A DNA stretch of 64,000 nt from Macrostomum lignano (taxonomy: Eukaryota), in NCBI GenBank assembly GCA_002269645.1, contig NIVC01000419.1:124001-188000 (forward strand). The letters are read 5' to 3'. How positions within the stretch are numbered: position 1 is the first letter of the stretch; each line of letters begins with the position of its first letter. The position numbers and the translations under genes are program-made. Under the pieces are notes generated by a model. The model had not been told where the DNA came from and did no database searches. It saw nothing but the letters and a program-made list of their open reading frames with translations. Positions 37,501 to 49,375 of the stretch are shown here, piece after piece.

Positions 37501-39599
37501 TAGAAATCCTTTGAGTCGTCGTGATCCTTCTGGTGGCATCTGGTGCCTTTCCCTGATCATTCAGGTGGCATCTGGTGCCCCCTCCCTGATCCTTCAGGTG
37601 GCATATGGTGCCCCCTCCCTGATCCTTTAGGTGGCATCCAGTGCCCCCTCCCTGAACCTTCCAGCGGCCTCTGCTGTCCCTTCCTTGATTATTCCGTTGG
37701 TCCTATTACCCTCTAATCACCCAGATCCTCTGCTACCCCCTACGCAGCAAGGGAGAGAGAGATAAGAATAACAAGATTGAGCTAGACAAAGAGAGAGAGA
37801 AAACAGTAAACAGAGACAAGTGAAGGTGAACTAAAGAAAGAACTAGAAAAGTCGCGACAACCTCCTTCAGGTTGCTGTGTCCACTCCCTTCCTTCAGACA
37901 TCTTACAGAATCTATCCCTACCGATTTTGTAAAGCTTGGCCAGGAGATCTGAACAAACTAATAAGCTTAAAAAAGTTTTTAATTACTATTTCCAATGAAT
38001 TCTATAGCGGCATGCATCCCAGCCCAGCCCAGACGGAAGTCAAGAACGGCGGTGCTGAAGCCAACAGCATGCAGCAAGCTGATGAGGCGGCCAAGCTGCA
38101 AAAGCAGCTGGAGCAGAAGCAGAGTGAGCTGGACAGCGTGCTTCAAGATTTTGATGAGACTCGACACAAAGTATACGAACTGAATGAGAAAATAAAAACT
38201 CTGGAGAGCGGGTAAGCATACGGGTCTTAAACTCTTTTATTAGCGGCTTTTGTTAGCGCAAGCAATGACTCCCGACCTCCTCTCGGCTTTTCAGCTCTGC
38301 TCAAGGCAACTCGCAGACAGAAAAACTGCAGCAGGAGATCAGGGAATTGAAGAGCCAGGCTGAAATTGACAAGAATATGGCAAAGTAAGTAGATTAATCA
38401 ATTTTCAGCAGCTATTGTCTGCTGTGTTATACTCCATCACACTCCGTGCATTCATTCCCAATTTGCAGTCAGCTGCACATGGAAATTGATTCAGCGCGCA
38501 ATGAACAATCCTTCAAAGCCAAGAAGCTTCAGGCGGCCGAGACTGAAGTTGAGAAGCTGAAGGAAGAGCTTCGCAAGATGAAGGAGTTGGAGGATGAACT
38601 CAGAAAGCAGTGCCGAGATAGCGACGAGACTGTACGACAGTTTTGCCAAGTCAGATGAGAGCAGAAAGAGCTCGGAGACTGAGACAGGACTGCGAAGCAC
38701 AGCAAGAGGCTTTGGAGCAGCACAGAAATCTGATTGAGCAGAAGGCTGATTTGGAGTCTCAGCTGAGGGAAACCATTGATGAGCTGAATCAGAGAAACGA
38801 GTCTCATGCCGAGGAGAGCGAGCAAAAACTGATTATAGAGAAGCGCAAATCTGAGCAACTATATAAGAAGCTATGCGAGCAGTCTGAAATGCGGCTCAAT
38901 ACTGAGCAACAGCTCAAAACTGCTGACGAGCAAGTGAAGCAGGAGAATCAGAAGCAGATTCAGCTACAGCGGCAGCAAGAGGCAACGCAGCAGGAGCTTA
39001 GGCAGGGAAATGCTCAGCTTGATCAACTGAGACAGCAGTTAGAACAAGCAAACAGCAACTTGCAGGACTCTGAGAAGTTTGCCGCCGATTTGCAAAGCTA
39101 CTCTGACGGAGTTGATAGAGAACTTGAAAACGTGAGGCAACAGTTCACAGAGTGCAGCAAAAAGCGCGATGACGTCATCAAAGTGGCCGAGCAGATGCGT
39201 CAGAGGCTTGAAGAAGAGTTGGGCAAATCGGCGACTGCTCATACTGAGCTGGAGCAGTTGAAGCTTGAGCACGCAAAGCTGCGCAATGACTACTCAGGTA
39301 TGGAGCGGACAATGACCGAAATGCTGACTAGAGAGCACGAGTTGAACACGCAGCTGGCAGAGGCTCAGGGAAAACTGAGACAGGCTGAGGAAGCAATCGG
39401 ATGGTTCAAGCAAGAGCTGCCTCGAAAAGATGGCGAAATCGCGAATCTGACTGATGAGGTCCACACGCTGAGAGAAAGAGTCAACACCCTGCTTGAGAAC
39501 CTGGCGGCCCAGGAGCAGCTCAATAATTACCAGTCCGGAAACGATCTGTTTAACAAACATCGCTCCATGAGACCGCCTGGCGGTGGCCGCAACGTGTGA
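34533..39599 (+). CDS. Large coiled-coil protein with N-terminal LIR-like motif and five internal ~38-aa repeats; exons 34533-36049, 36432-36830, 37050-37238, 37318-37488, 38008-38211, 38295-38384, 38469-39599 (frameshift near 38640)
   Basis: All six introns are GT-AG phase 2 and join open frames. Repeat unit is KxQxELDSxLxDFDETRHKVYELNEKxKxYE. The last exon switches frame between ORFs 38446 and 38643. No family name recognised. Confidence 0.8.
37525..37660. repeat. ~33-bp short array GGTGGCATCTGGTGCCCCCTCCCTGATCCTTCA
   Basis: About 4 copies in intron 37489-38007. Confidence 0.8.
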
Positions 39600-40264
39600 A
39601 TAATAATTTTTAACCTTTCGATTTTAGATTGACCTACCAGATTTATCAATCGACAATAATGAGTACATGTGCGTGGTCTATATTGATTTTGGTAAGGCTG
39701 TATGACCGAAATTGCTAAGTATCGTTCAGTCATTCCTATATTGATTATTCAGTTACTCCTGATAATAACTTTATTCCTTTAATCCAAGCGAGACCCTTTA
39801 TCTGAGTTTAAAACGAACTTGTTCAGTTACACAATGGGCCTATATTATATTGTCCCTAATTTTTTGCATACTGTTTCTATGTCATGTTCGTCTTTTTATT
39901 CAGATGTTGCAATGATTGCAACCACAGGATAGTAATATTAGTAGCAACTGTCGTGTTTTGTAAAGTATCTTGTCTATAATAATGATTAAAAACTAAAAAT
40001 AACGTTCATTAATTTTGTCTTTCTCATAGTTTCCCGGATCAATTGCGCGTATCCTTACTTAAAAAGCACTGTTAAAATCTTTTCTTCTAAAGCTACCGAA
40101 AAAAATATATTTTTAAATACAAACAGAAATTTATTCAACTGCCATTGTCAGCTAAAATTCTATAAGCTTCTTTGTGTCGATTTATCTTTGTAAATTTTTC
40201 TTAATAAAGATTTTTAGAATCATAACTTTAAATATTTATATTTGGTATTGTCTATAAAAATTTA

Positions 40265-41670
40265 CAAAAGACACGAGAGGTGGACAGACAGATACAAGAG
40301 AGTAGCAGACAAGACACGGGAGAGTGACCGACAGAAGACACTGAAGAGTGACAGCCAAAATATCCAAGAGACTGACAGACAAATGCGAGAGAGTAGCAGA
40401 CAAAATATACAAGAGATTGACAGGCAAAAGACACGAGAGACACGAGAGAGTGACAGACAAAATATACAAGAGAGTGACAGACAAATGCGAGAAAGTAGCA
40501 GACAAAATATACAAGAGATTGACAGGCAAAAGACACGAGAGAGTGACAGACAAAATATACAAGAGAGTGTCAGACAAGACACGAGAGTGACAGGCGAAAG
40601 ACACTGAAGAGTGACAGACAAAAGATCCAAGAGAGTGACAGACGAAAAAAACAAGAGATTAACAGACAAATTATACAAGAGAGTGACAGACAAAAGATAC
40701 CAAAGATTGACAGACATGGCACAAGAGAGTGACAGGCAAAAGACACTAAAGAGTGACAGACAAAAGACACTAAAGAGTGACAGACAAAAGATCCAAGAGA
40801 GTGACAGACAAAAGATCCAAGAGAGTGACAGACAATAGATCCATGAGAGTGACAGACAAATGCGAGAGAGTAGCAGACAAAATATACAAGAGATTGACAG
40901 GCAAAAGACACGAGAGAGTGACCGACAAAATATACAAGAGAGTGTCAGACAAGACACGAGAGTGACAGGCAAAAGACACTGGAGAGTGACAGACAAAAGA
41001 CACGAGAGAGTGACCGACAAAAGACACTGAAGAGTGACAGACAAAAGATCCAAGAGAGTGACAGACGAAAAAAACAAGAGAGTAACAGACAAATGATACA
41101 AGAGAGTGACAGACAAAAGATACAAAAGAGTGACAGATGGCACAAGAGAGTGACAGGCAAAATACGCGAGAGAGTGACCGACAAAAGACACTGAAGAGTG
41201 TGACAGACAAAAGATACAAGAGAGTGACTTACAAAAGACACGAGAGAGTGACCGACAAAAGACACTAAAGAGTGACAGACAAAAGATCCAAGAGAGTGAC
41301 AGACAAAAGATACAAGAGAGTGACAGACAAAAGATACAAGAGAGTAACAGACAAATGATACAAGAGAGTGACAGACAAAAGATACAAGAGAGTGACAGAC
41401 AACAGATACAAGAGAGTGACAGACAAAAGATACAAGAGAGTGACAGACAACAGATACAAGAGAGTGACAGACAAAAGATACAAGAGAGTGACAGACAACA
41501 GATACAAGAGAGTGACAGACAAATGATACAAGAGAGTGACATACGAAAGATCCAAGAGAGTGACAGACAAATGATACAAGAGAGTGACAGACAAAAGATA
41601 CAAGAGAGTGAAAAGACAAAATATACATTGCAAGAGAGTGACAGACAAGAGACACATGGAGGCTGACAGG
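40265..41670. repeat. ~24-bp compound minisatellite CAAGAGAGTGACAGACAAAAGATA
   Basis: 1.4-kb array between converging genes. Explains the many CLSLS/VCHSL/QESDRQ ORFs. Confidence 0.95.
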
Positions 41671-42063
41671 CAAAATACAAGGACTATTGTAGTTCTCGTA
41701 TAACAGGACACAAAACTCGAAGATCGTGTAATCTTTAGAAGGTCAATTTCTTGGAAGGAAATACACTGCAGAGTCAGGAAAAATCTTTTTCATCACAAAA
41801 TCAATGATTGCATTTGATCTGGGGTAGTGATTCGTGATTCGTGACTGTTGTATTTTATGTAGTTGTGCAGTTAAAGATAAATTTTCATCTTTTAAAAAAC
41901 TGAAGCCCAAGTTGTAAATACTCGTACTCACAAGCGAAAGTTTTGTTCGTTTTTAAATAAAGTATATTTGTAATAAAATTTTTATATGCATCAATTGCTA
42001 TACTACATTGGTCCTTGACAGAATATAGGCTAAGTGAAGATCAACTTCGGTCATAAAAACCGT

Positions 42064-43515
42064 CCTCAGGACCGCTTAGTCATCTTGTTGATTATCATAA
42101 TACGTTTGATGGCCATTCGGCCTTTGGTCAAGCCGACAGACGATGCAGCCTGCTCTGAACCGTCTGCGCCCTGCTTCTGTGCGCTGGTGTACCTTGACGC
42201 TCGTTTCATCGCCGCTTGCTGCCTCTGCTCGATTTTCGCCTCCCGATCCGACACCTGCTTGTTGATTGAGTCGGCCAAATCTCGCAAAGCCGGATAGCTT
42301 TGAAGGTCACTGATCATTGGCACTAGCCGAGACTCGACTCCGGGGTACTTGCTGGCTGCAGTGTATTTTGCGTATGGTTGCTGCTTGTTCGGATTCTTTA
42401 TCTAGATTGTTGCTTGTGCTTTCGCTTGTGCTCAAATACAAATCATTGGCTAAAACATAGATCTATCCGGCTCGTAGCAAGCCTGTGTTTCCTCTCAGAT
42501 CTCTTTGGTACTCTGTCTTCTCTCCTCTCTTTTCCTTTATTCCCTCTCCTCTCTCCCCTCCTCTGGCCCGCAGTAATGCGCTAGATTCTCTATCTGACCC
42601 TCCGATGTAAAAAAAAGTTTGTCGACCCCTGGTTTAAGACTACTTTGAATTGCAGTTGAAATTTTCACTCGGTAAGCGAAAAAGTTAAAAGCAGAGGATT
42701 TTTACTACTTAGTCAGTAGTATTCACTGCGAACCTGTGTCCTGTGTGTTACGGTCGTAATATAAAATTTTCAAAGGTTGAAAAGTTGAAAAAGGCTTTGC
42801 CAGCAGTGGTGCTTGAAGTACGATATTTTGTTACCTTGACTTTAAACAAGCAAAAATGGCCGCGGGATTTTTAGAACACTCGCTAAAACTTTAAACCAGA
42901 GGTCGGAAAAATTTTTACCGATACGCTTGTAATTGCGATATTCGACCTTTGGCGTTTGCAGCTCGCTTCAAAAATTTTCGCTTGCTCACGGATCGTTTTC
43001 AATTTGAACTATTGCTACTAATGTAACTGTACAATAACGAAACTTCACATCTCCGACATGTCATATCTCCGACAAGCTAAGCAACGGACTATAAATATCC
43101 CCGAATTTTGTATCTCTGCTGTTAGCGTTAGGGTTCAGCTTGAAGTGTCGAAGATACGGCTCTTATGTAGTGTCGAAACTATAAAAGAGGTGCTGTCAGA
43201 GATATTAAAGTGTATTTTACCCGCATGTACATGTACACCATTTACTTACCCTTTCGTTCAATCCTGCATCGTCGCCTGATAGCACTGACTAGGTGCTCCT
43301 TCTGACAGGCAATGTTAAACATAGCAGTCTGATTGTCTGCACGTTATATTTGCGAAAGCGATAATGCAATGAATTGGGTTGAATTAACATGAAAACAAAT
43401 TAAGATCCAGGAGGGCTATTATTATCAGTGTCTCACCTGCATAAATTACGCTAAAGTAGAGCGGTGGTCCAACTGTTGGACTCTCAACGATTGCTGCTTT
43501 CCTGGCAGGTGCCAT
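42064..43515 (-). CDS. Probable C22orf15-like small protein; exons 43515-43437, 43336-43250, unresolved middle, terminal exon ~42410-42064
   Basis: Joined exons 1-2 read MAPARKAA...LYFSVIYADNQTAMFNIACQKEHLVSAIRRRC, resembling from memory the C22orf15 N-terminus (FIKVMFGA...LVNTSC...LTAHLRQK). The terminal exon SRLVPMISDLQSYPALRDLA resembles TRYESLLENLDDHYPELAEEL. Donors GTGAGA and GTAAGT, phase 1. I could not build an intact middle exon. Confidence 0.45.
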
Positions 43516-44352
43516 CCGATAAGAGAAAATCCTTGATCCTTTTTTCGAGCTCGTTCGCCTGATAAGCCTTCTACATATAGGTAGGTAATAATTTGAAAAA
43601 TCGATTCGAAAATTCTACGTCCAGTTACTCGGTTGGCAATCTACTCTGAGCCACGCAGGTCTCTAGCTAAAGCTGAATGCTAGCTAAGATATATGCAGTT
43701 CTGCAGACAAAAATTGAGTAGCTCTTGAACACGAGCAGACACAGTTGTTGAATTCAGGCAGGACAGCAAGAAAACTATTGCAATATAGAAGATTTAAAAC
43801 AGCCTAGCTAGGCTTGAGATTAAGAAACTGCTTTGAATTGCTGCCCACCCGTCTGCCCTGTAATTCGTTTTGTGGGCGAGGTCCGTTCAAAACTCTAGCT
43901 ATAATAGGCTAAGCTAAAATGGCCGGCTGCTACAAGCGTATAACTATTTGAATCTCGTGATGTATTTTTTTCTTTCTAAAAGTGAGCAGACCGTTTCTCA
44001 CGGCTTGTTTGTTGTCCCCAATGGCTATTGAACTTAATTGTGTGCGCAACTGTAGTTAATTGCAACCAGTGGGTGCAGGAACATTCTTGGAGGCTCATTA
44101 AGCCGGAGTACCCTTTGCATTTTAATAGGCTCGATAAGTTTATGGCAATTATGGTTATAGCTATTTGCACCCTATAGCTATCGCTAAATAGAGCAATATA
44201 TTGCTATTAACGTCTGATAACTGCGAAAATTTTTAAATACCGGGTTACATACCGCTCTGTTCTTACCGTGTGCATATAAAAGAATTGGTTTTACATAGTC
44301 TACGTGAATTGCAGGTAACTCTTAAAAGACTTTGAAAATTAAATAGTTTGCC

Positions 44353-45367
44353 GAGGCGCTTTCATTAGGCCGAAATTTCACTTCGCCGAAAAGCAGCCTC
44401 TTTCACTAGGCCGAAACTTCACTAGGCCGAAACTTCACTTTGCCGAAATGAATAGCACGCTCTTTCATAAGGCCGGAACTTCACTTTGTCGAAAAATCAT
44501 TTTAGCAGCATCCTTACTATGGTCGAAAGGGGATGTGAACTTAAGCGTTCAAAATGGAACCGCAAGCAAGCAGTGACGATTTCTCTGCACCAGTTTCTTT
44601 ATTTTGATCTAAGATCGAGTTACTGCTACTAAAATGGGAGCACGATATGGTCACTCAGTTTTTTGTATGGAATATTTTTGACATTCCTGACTTCATTTGG
44701 AGTAAACTTTGATTGCTTATTATTTTCATTGCATTTTCTATCTCAGTCGGATGGACTTTTAAGTTGTAGAGTGCTCGTATGTTGTTTTAAGGCTCCTTTG
44801 AAAGTATGCAGATTTGCCTAGATTCCGATTCATAGAATATGCATGGCTCTTAGTCTCTAATTCTTTGGCCCTATGCAGGCCTGGTCTGTTGTCTGTTATT
44901 GGTCTGTGCAAGGATCCTCGTAGATCTAGCAGGTTCTAGTTCTAGATCTCTAAGGTCTGTTTAATGATTAATGATAAATAATAATGATTAAATATTATTC
45001 AATAAAAATAATAATATAATGATAATAATTATTAATGATTAACGATTCAGTTTAATGTTATCATGTTAGTTTCGGCCTAGTGAAAATGTTTTTTTCGGCA
45101 AAGTAAAGTTTCGGCCTAGTGAAAGAGGCTGCTAAAATGATTTTTCGGCAATGTGAAGTTTCGGCCTAGTGAAGTTTCGGCCTTATGAAAGAGCATGCTA
45201 GTCATTTCGGCAAAGTGAATTTTCGGCCTAGTGAAGTTTCAGCCTAGAGAAAAACTATGCTAAATGATTTTTCGGCAAAGTGAAGTTTCGGCCTAATGAA
45301 GTTTCGGCTTTGTGAAGGAAGATGCTTTCGGCAAAGTGAAATTTCGGCCTAGTGAAACCCCCCCCCC
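44353..45367. mobile_element. Non-autonomous foldback-type DNA transposon (~1015 bp) with modular TIRs
   Basis: Left arm 44353-~44525 (TTTCACTAGGCCGAAAC modules) is the reverse complement of the right arm ~45068-45367 (GTTTCGGCCTAGTGAAA). 8-bp direct repeat AGTTTGCC at 44345-44352 and 45368-45375. AT-rich non-coding interior. Confidence 0.82.
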
Positions 45368-47519
45368 AGTTTGCCAAATGAGATGTGGACATATAGCTGC
45401 ATGCATTGATTTGTTAACGAGTAGTATACCGCTTCTCACGCATTATTTCCAATTCTTGAATTCTTATTAAAGCATTTTAAAACCAACAGGCCCACCAACC
45501 TGCCCCAACAGAGCCAGTGGCTTAATTAACAAAATTAGCACCCAGATTAGCGGGTAATGAGTCGACTAATACCCACAACGTGTTTTATTAGAGTGAAAAG
45601 TCATGACAAGTAGTATATTGCGCTCGTAAATGTCTTTTCTAATTTTATTTTACCATGAATTTGTATCTCGAATGCTCGTCCACATTCCCATCTCATATAC
45701 TGCAACTGGCCAATTGTACAAAGCAGTGGTAAAGTATATAACAATCATGAATAATGAGTTGTTAATCGATAAAAAACATGGCAGAGATGCTTTTCCCAAT
45801 TTTACGAAGCTTTCACCTCAACCAACAAGTGAGCCAACAAGTCTAGCCAACAAGCGAGTCAAAATAATGGAGATTTTACCATAGACAATTGACAATCAGG
45901 GTGCAATAATGCGCCAAAAATGCACGCTGGCGCGGCTTTCAGTGTGCAATAATGCAACAACACAAACTTTATATTTTACGAAAAGCAAACGTAGCATTGT
46001 AGCAAATAGTTGAACATTTTTAACGAGCTCTTTGTCTAGTAGTCAGTGCTCTAGTAGTAACTCGAAAACTCAGTAACTCACTCAGTACTCATCAGTACTC
46101 ACTGATCACCGAATTTGAAGTTGCAATTGCTGAAACTACCACTCAGATGAATATGTAGCTTCGGTCGAACAGTATCGGCCGAAGCTGCTTGAACGTCAAC
46201 CTTGACATTTTGGACTGACGTCGTCATTCCAACACTTGCCACCCGCTTTGGGACCTCGGAGATAGACGTAGCATCCCCCGCCGAATCCATATCGCCAGAT
46301 GGTCCGACGATATAGCCACAGACTTATCGTTGGTCGCATAAGACGAACTGGCTCCATACAGCGATGCTGACAACACGTCGGACATCTTGCCCAGTTCGCT
46401 CGCCTTGCGCTTGCCATTTGTTAAGTAGCTAACGAAGAGTAGGTAGGAGCGGCTCATCATCGAACATCGTCTGCTCGATCAACGAATTTCTGTCCATGAG
46501 CTCTACATGCTTCTCGATTTCCGCCGTAGTCAAGCCGGTTATGCAATTGTCGGGAATTGAGACAGATGAATCATGTTTTCAAATGAACGCACACTGAGAC
46601 GAACAAATATCGCGCTGTAGTGGAGAGAAAGATATTCCTTGCCTCCCTCAACCCTGTTCTTTGCAAATTGCCATAGACAAAAATGAATAGCCACTGTTGG
46701 CTAGTCTATATGATAATGTGATAGAAGCACGGCTTGCAAATTCAACAACGCCTAGGACCACGAGTTGTTGCACTTGCAAGCCGTGCACTATCTTTCCATT
46801 ATTATAGCTCGCTGAGTGGGGTTTTGCCATAGACTGCAGATTCGGTCGAGAAAAATCACTCGAAAAATCCGATTTCTCCAGAGCATAAATGTAATAAATG
46901 CACCACGGATTCCATATTACGAGCTACCTAAAATGTGTCACTCCATGCAGCAGCGCGAAAAGCGGCCGGCCTTCAGAGACGGCCGCTAAATACATTATCG
47001 AATGCTGGCTCAGTAGTGATACATAACTAGACACAGAATTTACTGTGTGCATCTAGGTAATATAGAATCTGTTGAATGCACTGGCGATACAACGAATATA
47101 TGTTCCAATTACCGACCTCCAGTTCATTTCTAGGAAAATTGAGTGTAGCGCATCCGATTCTACTCCAGCTGTCCATGTTGCCATCTCAACGCTCATCTTG
47201 GATTATGATCGACTCACGTCGACTTCAGCTAAATCGATTGGTCAAGGAGGACCCGATCCTGCGCTTATATCATCTGCAAGTTATGAAGGTTTTCAAATTC
47301 TAACGCCGAAGATGGAATTAATGATAGACCATCGCGGTAATGTTAGAGAAAGGAGATTAAAACAGCCATTTAAACACCCGAGGTGGGTTCTCGATCAGAT
47401 CACAGCTGACCCTGCAGAGGAAGTTCGTGGGCGAGTCACCTTAACGTATTTCTGGACGTGTAAATAAGGATCAACAACTCAGTTCAGCTGTAAATAGTTT
47501 AGTGCTTTGGTGTCGAACG

Positions 47520-48100
47520 TATGCAGACAGGCAGACAGACAGACAGTCAGACAGAAAGACAGACAGACGACAGACAGAAAGACAGACAGAAAGAAAGAAA
47601 GGAAGGCAGGTAGAAAGACAGGCAGACAGACAGACAGACAGACAGACAGACAGGCAGGCAGATAGACAGAAAGACAGGCAGGCAAACAGACAGACAGACA
47701 GACCGGCAGAAAGCCAGGCAGGCAGACAGACAGCAGAAAGACAGGCAGGCAGACAGACAGACAGAAAGACAGGCAGGCAGACAGACAGACAGAAAGACAG
47801 GCAGGCAGACAGACAGCAGAAAGACAGGCAGGCAGACAGACAGCAGAAAGACAGGCAGGCAGACAGAAAGACAGGCAGGCAGACAGAAAGACAGGCAGGC
47901 AGACAGAAAGACAGGCAGGCAGACAGAAAGACAGGCAGGCAGACAGAAAGACAGGCAGGCAGACAGAAAGACAGGCAGGCAGACAGAAAGACAGGCAGGC
48001 AGACAGAAAGACAGGCAGGCAGACAGAAAGACAGGCAGGCAGACAGAAAGACAGGCAGGCAGACAGAAAGACAGGCAGGCAGACAGAAAGACAGGCATGA
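47520..48100. repeat. (GACA/GGCA)n microsatellite with 20-bp higher-order unit AGACAGAAAGACAGGCAGGC (second copy 50370-50950)
   Basis: Directly visible. Confidence 0.95.
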
Positions 48101-48691
48101 CAGAGACATATGGTTCACGAAGAATTTTTCGGCGTAGCCTCGTAATATAATATACATTATATTATAGGCAATTATTTCGAGGCCCAGATACTGCATTCTG
48201 CATCGACAGTTTTAAGCAGGCGAAACTCCAATCAGGTTCTAAAAGTGTCAGCTTATGAGAGGCGATTATAAGTCGAGAATAAATTTCATACAGGTAAAAC
48301 CGGAGCCTGGAGAACATGCGCATGCATGTAAATTAGGCCTTGAATCGGTATAACTAATTCAGCAATTCAGCAACAAAATGCAGATGGCTGCATTAGCTAC
48401 ATTCTGCGCATGTGCACTTGAAACTGTACACTGAATAAACCAGTCCTTTCCACCCCTCTGCAGTTGCTGGCCCTAGCTAGCTCATTCCCTCAATCCTGTA
48501 ATTCACCTGTACGCACTCCAACAACCTGTTGCCAACGGAGACTGCAAGAGAGAGGAAGTCATGTCCTTTCTATCCTCTCATTTTTAACTCCCCATATTCC
48601 ACTGCTTATTCTGCATGCATTCCATCTCAGTTTCTTTCTCGTGTTGAACTTTTAGCTGTTGGATTATAGTCTTATAGTTTTAAGGCCTATA

Positions 48692-49351
48692 ATGACGGAA
48701 AACTTGCCAAAAGAATTGCGTCACACGCAGCCGCAAAAGTATGCACCTCGGGCGAGACGCGAACAGCAGCTGCCAATCAGTCAGCAGCACTATGCGGAAG
48801 TGCTGCAGGCATTCGAAGCCCCATTCGCTAAGAGTCGCCTCGACGCTATCCAGTCTCAATTATTGTCCAGATGCGAACAGAGGGACGATCTTGACAGACG
48901 AAGCCTGCAGGCCAAGGTGTTCATGGGCCAGGAGTTGAAAACTCGCGACGTGCACCTGAATAAACCGCTGCGCCCAACCGAGACGGAGGTCAAGGGTGGC
49001 CTGCCATCTGCCGAGGGTAATTAATGTTGCTTTTTTTCATTCGAGGGGGGCTCTTCCGCACCACATCCATTACGCGAGTCGGCGCGCCAGCACCATGCAG
49101 GGCGCCAGCACCATGCAGGGGCGCCAGCGAGGCTTTGCAATTGCCAGCTTGGGTCTGATGAAAATGAGATGATATTTTACTTTAAATACGAGCTGGTACA
49201 TCCAGACTTTTGCAAAATCAACTGTAGCTATATTTTGCATCTGTTTTTTTTATTAATTTCAGATGTCGTCAACGAGAAGCGAGCCTGGTTGGAGGCGGAC
49301 GCCAGGCGTTATTGGGATCTCGGAAAGCTTTCTGCTAATACACCGAAATGA
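48692..49351 (+). CDS. Small unknown protein (~137 aa), exons 48692-49016 and 49263-49351, copy 1
   Basis: ATG in the ORF at 48659. G|GTAATT donor and TTAATTTCAG acceptor (phase 1) join ...LPSAE-D-VVNEKRAWLEADARRYWDLGKLSANTPK*. Confidence 0.65.
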
Positions 49352-49375
49352 TCAGCGGTTGAAAACCTGTCTATC

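Noticed and set aside
38632-38687. Mini-intron (23 or 56 nt) that would repair the frameshift
   Set aside because: Weak donor (GTACGA), no pyrimidine tract, and removal deletes residues that align in length with the paralog.
20562-39560. Numerous minus-strand ORFs overlapping POLR1A and the coiled-coil gene (also plus-strand ORFs over CCDC65 and TOGARAM)
   Set aside because: Antisense or alternate-frame shadows of GC-rich exons, with no independent motifs or splice signals.
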